Shown here: positions 1 to 9,227 of the stretch, piece by piece | Position numbering within the stretch: position 1 is the first letter of the stretch | How the letters are laid out: each line of letters begins with the position of its first letter | Origin: Squalus acanthias | Taxonomy: Eukaryota | Length of the DNA: 64,000 nucleotides | Assembly: GCA_030390025.1 (NCBI GenBank) | Contig: JASTWF010000325.1 | Coordinates: forward strand, 248,001-312,000 | Direction: 5' to 3' | Notes under the pieces: model-generated | Databases searched by the model: none | What the model was told of the DNA's origin: nothing | Seen by the model: the letters and a program-made list of their open reading frames with translations, nothing else | Position numbers and translations under genes: made by a program

Positions 1-2826
1 GATTATACCTGGACAGTGTATATAGATTGTAACTGGATAGTGTATATTGATTGTACCTGGACAGTGTATATTGAGTGTACCTGGACAGTGTTTATAGATT
101 GTACCTGGATATCTTATATGGATTGTACCTGGACAGTGTATATTGATTGTACCTGGACAGTGTATATAGATTTTACCTGGACATTGTATATAGATTGTAC
201 CTGGACAGTGTATATAGATTGTACCTGGACAGTGTATATTGATTGTACCTGGACAGTGTATATAGATTGTACCTGGACAGTGTATTTTGATTGTACCTGG
301 ACAGTGTATATAGATTGTACCTGGACAGTGTATATAGATTGTACCTGGACATTTCATATAGATTGTACCTGGACAGTGTATTTTGATTGTACCTGGACAG
401 TGTATATAGATTGTACCTGGACAGTGTATATTGATTGTACCTGGACAGTGTATATAGATTGTAACTGGATAGTGTATATAGATTGTACCTAGACAGTGTA
501 TATTGATTGTACCTGGACAGTGTATATAGATTGTAACTGGATAGTGTATATAGATTGTACCTAGACAGTGTATATTGATTGTACCTGGACAGAGTATATA
601 GATTGTACCTGGACAGTGTATATTGATTGTACCTGGACAGAGTATATAGATTGTACCTGGACAGTTTATATGAATTGTACCTGGACAGTTTATATTGATT
701 GTACCTGGACATTGTATAACAATTGTACCTGGACAGTGTATATAGATTGTACCAGGACAGTGTATATTGATTGTACCTGGACAGTGTCTATAGATTGTAC
801 CTGGACTGTGTATATTGATTGTACCTGGACAGTGTATGTTGATTGAACCTGGACATTGTATAACAATTGTACCTGGACAGTGTATATTGATTGTACCTGG
901 ACAGTGTATATAGATTATACCTGGACATATGTATATTGATTGTACCTGGACAGTGTATATAGATTATACCTGGACAGTGTATATTGATTGTACCTGGACA
1001 GTGTATATCGATTGTACCCGGACAGTGTATGTAGATTGTACGTGGACAGTGTATATAGATTATACCTGGACAGTGTATATTGATTGTACATGGACAGTGT
1101 ATATAGATTATACCTGGACATATGTATATTGATTATACCTGGACAGTGTATATTGATTGTACGTGGACAGTGTATATAGATTATACCTGGACATATGTAT
1201 ATTGATTGTACCTGGACAGTGTATATAGATTATACCTGGACAGTGTATATAGATTTTACCTGGACAGTGTATATAGATTGTACCTGGACAGTGTGTATAG
1301 ATTGTACCTGGACAGTGTATATTGATTGTACCTGGACAGTGTATATAGATTATACCTGGGCAGTCTATATAGATTGTACCTGGACAGTGAATATAGATTT
1401 TACCTGGACAGTGTATATAGTTTGTACCTGGACAGTGTATATTGATTGTACATGGAATGTGTATATAGATTGTACCTTTACAGTGTATATTGATTGTACC
1501 AGACAGTCTATATTGATTGTACCTGGACTGTGTATATAGATTATACCTGAACAGTGTATATTAATTCTACCTGGACACTGTATATAGATTGTAACTGGAC
1601 TGTATATATAGATTGTACCTGAACAGTGTATAATGATTGTACCTGGACAGTGTATATAGATTGTACCTGGACAGTGCATATAGATTGTACCTGGACAGTG
1701 TATTTAGCTTGTACCTGGACAGTGTATATAGATTGTACCTGGACAGTGTATATAGATTGTACCTGGGCAGTGTATATATATTGTACCTGGACAGTGTCTT
1801 TTAATTGTACCTGGACAGTGTATATTGATTGTACCTGGACTGTGTATATTGATTGTATCTGGACAGTGTGTAATGATTGTACCTGGACAGTGTATATAGA
1901 TTATACCTGGACAGTGTATATAGATTGTACCTGGACATATGTATATTGATTGTACCTGGACATTGTATATAGATTTTACCTGGACAGTGTATATAGATTG
2001 TACCTGGACAGTGTATATTGATTGTACCTGGACAGTGTATATAGATTATACCTGGACAGTCTATATAGATTGTACCTGGACAGTGAATATAGATTTTACC
2101 TGGACAGTGTATATAGTTTGTACCTGGACAGTGTATATTGATTGTACATGGAATGTGTATATAGATTGTACCTTTACAGTGTATATTGATTGTACCGGAC
2201 AGTCTATATTGATTGTACCTGGACTGTGTATATTGATTGTATCTGGACTGTGTATATTGATTGTATCTGGACAGTGTATATTGATTGTACCTGGACAGTG
2301 TATAATGATTGTAGCTGGACAGTGTATATTGATTGTACCTGGACAGTGTATATACATTGTACCTGGATAGTGTATATTGATTGTACCTGGACAGTATATA
2401 TAGATTGTACCTTGACAGTGTATATTGATTGTACCTAGACAGTGTATATAGATTGTACCTGGACAGTGTATATTGATTGTACCTACACAGTGTATAATGA
2501 TTGTACCTGGACAGTATATATAGATTGTACCTTGACAGTGTATATTGATTGTACCTAGACAGTGTATATAAATTGTACCTGGACAGTGTATATTGATTGT
2601 ACCTGGATAGTGTATATAGATTGTACCTGGGCAGTGTATATAAATTGTACCTGCACAGTGTATATTGATTGTACCTGGACAGTATATATTGATTATACCT
2701 GGACAGTGTATATAGATTGTACCTGGACAGTGTATATAGATTGTACCTGGACAGTGTATATAGATTGTACCTGGACAGTGTATATAGATTGTACCTGGAC
2801 AGTGTATATAGATTGTACCTGGACAG
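1..2826. repeat. Minisatellite, 24-bp unit (consensus GATTGTACCTGGACAGTGTATATA/T)
   Basis: Visible tandem repetition. The overlapping ORFs (CTWTVYID)n are translations of the 24-bp unit. Confidence 0.97.
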
Positions 2827-3609
2827 TATAATTGTTGTTGAAGCTCACTGCAAACATCTACTGGCCTTTGGGCAGTTCTCTCTCTGGGTGTGTGACCAGA
2901 CAACCACCCATGGTAATCATCTCTCAGGCTGCCCTGGAACCCACTTCTCCCATTGTAACAGCACTCCCACCCTTCACTATTCCAATCTGTAGCCAATCTG
3001 AGCGAGCTGTGGACTAACAGTTAACCGTAGTATGCCGTCCTCTCCCAGAGCATGGTTAAATACAGTCCTCACTCTGGAATCTCTGCATCTTAAAGCCCAT
3101 CGGGCCCTGATCGAACCTTTCCTGGTTATCTGAGCAATATGGCAGCCACTCTGTGCAACAGCATGCCAGCGACAGCAATTGCACAATACCTGTTTGCGGT
3201 GGTTATTGAAGGAGAAATGTTGGTCTGGGCACAGGGAGCTCTCCTGCTGTTCCTCTCATTGTGTCTTGGATTCTATCGTCCTCACAATGTACTGGGACAA
3301 GCAGAAGGGGCCTCAGTGTATTATATTCTGTGCCAGCACCCTGGAGAGAGGAGCAGATTCGGGGACTTCAAGGGGATCGAGAGGCAAATGGGAATAATAA
3401 GAGCGAGTAGCAGGTATGAGGAGCTGTGAGAGAGGGAGGATACCTGTGTGTGTGTGTCTCAGTTCCCGCGCACTCTTACACTCAGTGTCCAATCTATGTG
3501 CAGGTCTCTTGTGATACTCTGCTTGCCTGTTCTTTATGCAGCCTGTCTCCCTGAGGTGAATCGAGAAGCCCGAGTGTGTGGTGAGGCCCTGGCCTGAGGG
3601 AGCCAGGAG

Positions 3610-3683
3610 ATGGAGATTGAGATGAAAGTGGAGGAGCAGCAGAATACTGTGTCTAAGCTGATCATCCGCTTCGAAGAAAGGAG
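3610..3683 (+). CDS. FGD2: FGD-family RhoGEF (FGD2-like), first coding exon MEIEMKVEEQQNTVSKLIIRFEER
   Basis: ATG at 3610 with an in-frame TGA just upstream (3595). VSKLIIRFE resembles the N-terminal actin-binding motif of FGD2/FGD4 (VSxLxxxFE). Donor AG|GTAAC in phase 2 matches the next exon. Confidence 0.7.
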
Positions 3684-3904
3684 GTAACCCAGCGAGTGAC
3701 GAATTGGGGAATGGAGATGGGGGGCTATGTCCAGTTGGGAGATGGGTCTAGTAAACTCTAACAATAGAACCATCTCCTGGGAGAGGGGAGGGGGGCATTG
3801 ACATTATAACCAGATCCTGGGGAGTGGGGTCACCAATGTTATAACCATCAGCTGGGGGAGCACACTGGCATTATAAGCAGTGAACAATGGGAGGCCTTCA
3901 AAGA

Positions 3905-4464
3905 GCACTCTTTGCTGGTCTGTGCTGGCAGCACACTCTCTGCTGGACTATGCTGGGAGCACACCCTCTGCTGGACTGTGCTGGGAGCACACACTCTGCT
4001 GGACTGTGCTGGAGCGCACTCTCTGCTGGACTGTGCTGGGAGCACACTCTCTGCTGGACTGTGCTGGAGCACACTCTCTGCTGGACTCTGCTGGGAGCAC
4101 ACTCTCTGCTGGACTGCGCTGGGAGCACACTCTCTGCTGGACTGTGCTGGAGCGCACTCTCTGCTGGACTGTGCTGGGAGCACACTCTCTGCTGGACTGT
4201 GCTGGAGCACACTCTCTGCTGGACTCTGCTGGGAGCACACTCTCTGCTGGACTGTGCTGGGAGCAGACACTCTGCTGGTCTGTGCTGGGAGCACACACTG
4301 TGCTGGACTGTGCTGGCAGTACACTCTCTGCTGGACTGTGCTGGAGCACACTCTCTGCTGGACTGTGCTGGGAGCACACTCTCTGCTGGACTGTGCTGGA
4401 GCACACTCTCTGCTGGACTCTGCTGGGAGCACACACTCTGCTGCACTGTGCTGGGAGCACACAC
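3905..4464. repeat. Minisatellite, 27-28-bp unit (CTCTCTGCTGGACTGTGCTGGGAGCACA), left part, split by the provirus
   Basis: Tandem repetition. The same unit resumes at 16145. Confidence 0.95.
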
Positions 4465-6117
4465 TGTAAGGGTTTTTGCGTGTGTGGCTCTGTGCTCAGC
4501 CTGGGTGCTAGTGCGAGGTTAGGCCTTGTTGCCTGTTCTGGTCTCCAGCCAGTCTGGGAGCACTAGACACCTGTGAGTGGTTCGACCCACTCGCCCTTAC
4601 GGTTCTGACACTGGACTTAGATGCGAGAGCAATAATGGAGAGAAAACTCAGGTAGACCCGGTTGAATGGTACGAAATGGAAAATCTTTATTGCATATTAT
4701 TCAAGATTACGAAATACATGTCATAAGCACAGATTAATGACAGTACAATCTTACACGCAGTTATGTAACTAATTTTAGGGAAACGAGGAACGAACGACAC
4801 ATCGTAAATGGGGGCACACATTACAGTTATCCTTAAAACTTAAACCCTCCCCTATCAATACCTGCTCTAAACTAGATTTGTAGGATCGAGACTCATGCTC
4901 ACCACTCGTGATAACTCGGAGAATTCCGAAAACTCTGCTCGGATGTTTTTACCGCAGCACCTGATCACCCACGTGTTGATCAGGGGTCTCTGTACCCCAC
5001 TTGTTTACTCGTTTCTGCTCCGGCTAGCAGGCTGGACCGTCTGCTGTCATGAAGATCTGTGTTGTCCTCGGAGTTCCGACACTACTCAAAAAAGAGTCTT
5101 CCTGTGCCCTCGCCCTGATGCGATAAAATTCGAAGAATAGTCTTCCGATGCCAGTTCTGTAAAACTCAAAAGATAGTCTTCCTGGGCAAGGAAAGTGTCT
5201 ATTCGACCTACAGGCGCGGTCGGGGCTTACTGACCGTGGCGATACGTATGGTCGTCTTCTTCTCTTCTCATCTCATCTCATCTCATCTCATCTCATCTCG
5301 GGCCTTCGGTTCCAACACCGTTTACCGACTTCTCGGGATGGTGTGCCCGTTTCAAGGCTTCACAGCCCGGTTCCACACAGATCTTCGCGGCAAGCCACGA
5401 GGCTGATCCTGGCGGATCAGAAGGTTCGACAGTCTTTCAAGCTGCAAGAGGCAGATGCAAGAGCAAGGCGGCAAGAGGATAAGAGAAAGATGGACGGTTG
5501 GAGCTTACAGTTATAGTGCTGTGATTCCTCTTTTCCCGCCCAATCTTAATGTCTTTTCTTTTGTCAGAGTTTTGGCGCTCAAACTCCTTGTATAGGGTGA
5601 TCTCCGTTTAATGGGTTTCGGTGATACTTGTAACTGCCTGAGTACCTGTTAATACTTTTCCCAATGTGTAACCGGTCAGTATTCTCCCTGGAGGGGTTTT
5701 GGGGCTTCCAAATGTTTTCTGTAACTACCCGCAAACGGCTCTCTCATCGTAGAGTCGTGGGGATTTTGCATATTAATGTCTTTGGATGGGTTCTTGATCG
5801 CTTGGTACAATAGCCCTTATTCGCACCTGGGAGACCGATTCCAGTATTTATGTGTATACTGCAAACCCATAATGTCTTGTGTATTATCTCAAATGTGCTG
5901 AGTCTTGATCGATCTCGCACAAATGTTTATTGGAATGCCATCTTGTCTGCTTATCGAAAAGTCTAGAATGTTCTGCCACGAGGCGTGGCGGCCATTTTAC
6001 AGGCTGCTTGTGTCCACTTTGAAAACCTGACAGCATTCTGCTGAAATAAAGCTGTTTGAACGAAACTATGTGTTTTCTCCTTATTTATAAAATCACGATT
6101 ATATTGCGAATTCTACA
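4465..6117 (-). repeat. 3' LTR. The 617 bp at 4465-5081 are shared with the 5' LTR; probable full length about 1653 bp, to 6117
   Basis: On the - strand it reads TGTAGAA...CTTACA (TGTA/TACA inverted ends) and directly follows a purine tract at 6118-6129. TATAA near 5511-5515, AATAAA at 4686-4691, (TCTCA)n at 5266-5299. Confidence 0.75.
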
Positions 6118-6129
6118 GTCCCTCCTGTT
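6118..6129 (-). promoter_or_regulatory. Putative polypurine tract (AACAGGAGGGAC|TGTAG)
   Basis: Purine-rich run directly 5' of TGTA on the element strand, downstream of env. Confidence 0.6.
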
Positions 6130-6570
6130 GATGCGAATAACTCCGCTTATCGTATCAAAAATATTGTGGTGAGCAATATTATCTCGATTTCTCCAGATCC
6201 AGAAAAATAATCCCCATAACTTAAACTATCTAGGGTCTTTGCGTCGTCCTTATTTCCCAGGAAAATTACATTCTTATAACACCGCAGGCATTATTTGCCT
6301 TTAAAACTTACACCACTTGTTTTCCTTCCAGGCGTAACCAGGCCGATGCCTCTCGTATCACCTGTATATTCACATTTCTTTATTCAGGGAAAAGAAAAAC
6401 AAAACAAAACCAAACGATCATATTCAACCACAACACCATCACCAAAATAATCAAAACCAACTCTTAAACATGTCGAGTTCCAAACGTAATTACAGTTTCT
6501 GAAAAATCACGATCGATTACAACACTTCCGAGGCGCACGTGGCAAACGGGAGTGACGCCATTTTTTCTGA

Positions 6571-9033
6571 TTACACGGTGCTTTCATCGTGCACGCGCAC
6601 GTAACGTTCTCGCCACTCTCCCGTGTTTTCGTTCTTGGTGAGGCGTTTGCCTCTCTTACAATGTACGACCAATAAGTATACCACAATAAACACTTGGCAT
6701 ACAACTAAAATGTGGGAGGCTATTCTAATCCAGGAAGGCACTTCAATGTTGGTGAACAGATTCCACCACGGTGGAATTACTATGTCCAGAATTTCTGTCC
6801 CTATCTCGACAGTTTTCTGCTCTAGTGTGTAAAAATGTTTTTGTGACACCGCGACGGCTTTCAAAAGCTTGGTGAGGTGTTCAGGGAGAGGGGGAATGAG
6901 GTATCCGAAATGCGCGACGAATCGCTGCAGGTCGGTGAAGTTCTCTTTTACGGTAAGATGAACCGTGGATGGTTCAGGGATTGGGACAATTCGCTGTTGT
7001 GCTACTTGAACTTCCGCCCTGGGTTTGAAACAGAAACTGCTGTCACTCACCGGACACCGGCTACGGTTTCCCTGTTGGTAGTGTTGCGCTGCAGTGGTAA
7101 CACAATATGTTCCACCCCCGATGTATGCTACCTGCGGAGGCACATGATCTTGTGCCATTGCCTCCATGGTGCAATTCATGGACTTGGCGCCAGCCGTTCT
7201 GAACCCGCACTGTGGTGTTAAAAAGGCATTCAAGTGCTGGGGACACAGTATTATGTGTGCTCCCCTGCCACGACAACCAGAGAGATCTGTACCTGTCATC
7301 GTTTGCTCCCAGCGGATGACGTAGGGTGGAACCGCTGCATAGCGAATGTGGGCTCCCCCCTGAATGACACCAATGTTCTCTACCCGATACACCGGGGCGG
7401 GCTTTGTTGTGTCGCCCAAAACCGGCATACGTAATACTATACCCATGATAGTATGGTTTGATCGTCCGCAGTCCACGGGGACTGGGTATGCTTCTGAAGC
7501 TAGCCTGAGCTGGCACGGGCTTAATGCGTTCTGAAAAGGGTGGAGCGCCCGCAGGTGTTTGTTACTTATCCAGGACGGGACCAAACCTTGTTTTAAATCC
7601 TCCAAATTACTGCGGCCCTCGCCCAGTAACCACGCCCCGTAAAGCACGCACACCTCATTCTGCGCAGCTTGATCGGACGCATTCCGATCTTCCCTAATCA
7701 GGGCATTTACCGTTCTCGCGTGTTTCTCCAGCTCTGCTATTATGTCTTTTAAATGGAGGGTCATGGCCTGGTCTTCGTGTAACCCAGACCCAACCACCTT
7801 ATTTTCATCTGTGAGAATGTCCTTTAATTGCGTTTTTAAGCCATTAATCTGGGTCTGCAGCTCCACGCTGTCTAGAGCGTTGACCACAGATGTACCTGTG
7901 TTGAAAGCAGTGAACGCGTCGTTCACAACACCCCTTGTTTGCCTCCCCACCTGATCCAAAACTTCATGTGGTGCGGTGTACAAACTTGTTTTATCAATTT
8001 CCGCGAAATCAAATTCGTAAAATTGTCTGAACATCTTGGTCAACAGGACCTGATACAACTGTTCCGTCTTTTTGGGGCACCACTCTGGTAACCGCACCTC
8101 GGTGAGATTTAAAATCACCGAGGCCACCGCGTAATGTACCCCCTGAAATAGTATCTGGTCTGTGGGGACCAGCACCAAACCATTCCCGGGTCCCTTACTG
8201 GTTTTAGGGCACCCTTCTTCCTTAGCTAGAACCACCGGAATCGTGGGTGGGGCCTTGCGTGGGCGCGTAATGAGTTCAGTGGCATTTACCGGGATCGAAG
8301 AGTATGGAGCTCCGCACCCCCTGGTGCTCGCATCCCACCTCATCCCCTGTCTGTTATCCTGCCATTGATTAATGAAAAATATGGAGATGCCTTTGGGGCA
8401 AACGTACTTTGACCCCCACATACATACATAAATTCCCTCATCCGGTTCCCACCATTTGTCCCAACAGACTCTCACTTGTCCGTTTGTCCCCGTAATTGTC
8501 CGATGGGTATTATTACCCAGTCGCTCCCACTCGACCGAAGAGTTCCTCATGTTTTTGCTCAGCTTTCGTAGCCACCACCATCGGCTCAATGGGACATTCC
8601 CATTACAAGTCAAACAAATCCGTTTGCCGACGGTGACGCTGATCCTGGGTGCGATGATCCTTACTTTGGGGCACAGTAAAGAAGTCTCTTGGTAGGCAAA
8701 ACCCGATGTGCTGGAATACTCCATTGAGTTCGTTCCCAGCCATCCTGGCCACCTTCCCTTGTGGAAATAGGTGGTGGTCTCCTCAGCCTCCCGTCTTCCG
8801 GTCCCATCCACCGCGATGGGGGCCGTGTCCCCGGAGCATCCAAACACCACGACATCCTTGGTGTGGCCTCGATAGGCCAATCCACATCCGATTGCCGCGA
8901 GCAATACTAGAATTCGTTCCATCCTTCCTTGGTTCCTGTGATCAGATAGAATGAGGTAGCCAGCCTCGCAAGAGTCTCTGGCTTTTGTGAAGGGTGAGCG
9001 GGTCCCCTGACCTCGCCTCACGTAAGAAGACAT
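6571..9033 (-). CDS. env: Envelope glycoprotein, 820 aa, intact: signal peptide, Ig-like domain, class I fusion (paramyxo/pneumovirus F-like) ectodomain, TM anchor
   Basis: Signal-like MERILVLLAAIGCGLA from Met at 8922; LTC..W..DEGIYVC; RQTR|GVVNDAF cleavage site followed by a heptad region; Cys-rich TDLSGC..IILCP..QCG..NCT..YCV segment; hydrophobic TM near 6655-6725; short basic tail. Confidence 0.88.
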   Translation of the reverse strand: MSSYVRRGQGTRSPFTKARDSCEAGYLILSDHRNQGRMERILVLLAAIGCGLAYRGHTKDVVVFGCSGDTAPIAVDGTGRREAEETTTYFHKGRWPGWLGTNSMEYSSTSGFAYQETSLLCPKVRIIAPRISVTVGKRICLTCNGNVPLSRWWWLRKLSKNMRNSSVEWERLGNNTHRTITGTNGQVRVCWDKWWEPDEGIYVCMWGSKYVCPKGISIFFINQWQDNRQGMRWDASTRGCGAPYSSIPVNATELITRPRKAPPTIPVVLAKEEGCPKTSKGPGNGLVLVPTDQILFQGVHYAVASVILNLTEVRLPEWCPKKTEQLYQVLLTKMFRQFYEFDFAEIDKTSLYTAPHEVLDQVGRQTRGVVNDAFTAFNTGTSVVNALDSVELQTQINGLKTQLKDILTDENKVVGSGLHEDQAMTLHLKDIIAELEKHARTVNALIREDRNASDQAAQNEVCVLYGAWLLGEGRSNLEDLKQGLVPSWISNKHLRALHPFQNALSPCQLRLASEAYPVPVDCGRSNHTIMGIVLRMPVLGDTTKPAPVYRVENIGVIQGGAHIRYAAVPPYVIRWEQTMTGTDLSGCRGRGAHIILCPQHLNAFLTPQCGFRTAGAKSMNCTMEAMAQDHVPPQVAYIGGGTYCVTTAAQHYQQGNRSRCPVSDSSFCFKPRAEVQVAQQRIVPIPEPSTVHLTVKENFTDLQRFVAHFGYLIPPLPEHLTKLLKAVAVSQKHFYTLEQKTVEIGTEILDIVIPPWWNLFTNIEVPSWIRIASHILVVCQVFIVVYLLVVHCKRGKRLTKNENTGEWRERYVRVHDESTV

Positions 9034-9227
9034 GTGCGCTGGATAAACTGTAACTAATCCTATCTCTAAAAACTCCCATCATTTTACCTCTTTATATTAA
9101 ACAAAATTAAACTACCGACTTAAACCGATTTCAAACTATAAACTTATTCTTAACCTTAAACTATAAACTTAGAAACTTATCCTAAACTTATTACTGTACA
9201 GCGCCGCCCATTCCCAGGGCGGCTCAT

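Noticed and set aside
16..2996. CTWTVYID-repeat ORFs, and a CRISPR-like appearance of the array
   Set aside because: Head-to-tail 24-bp minisatellite with no unique spacers and no cas genes, in eukaryotic context.
4460..4464. Target-site duplication for the provirus
   Set aside because: Flanks CACAC (left) and TTCTC (right of 16144) do not match; none can be called.
4895..5140. Short + strand ORF repeated at 15958
   Set aside because: Repeated only because it lies within the LTRs; antisense to the element with no coding signature.
6507..6704. 65-aa ORF overlapping the env C-terminus as a possible accessory gene
   Set aside because: Short, no recognisable motif, non-ATG start; cannot be supported from one copy.
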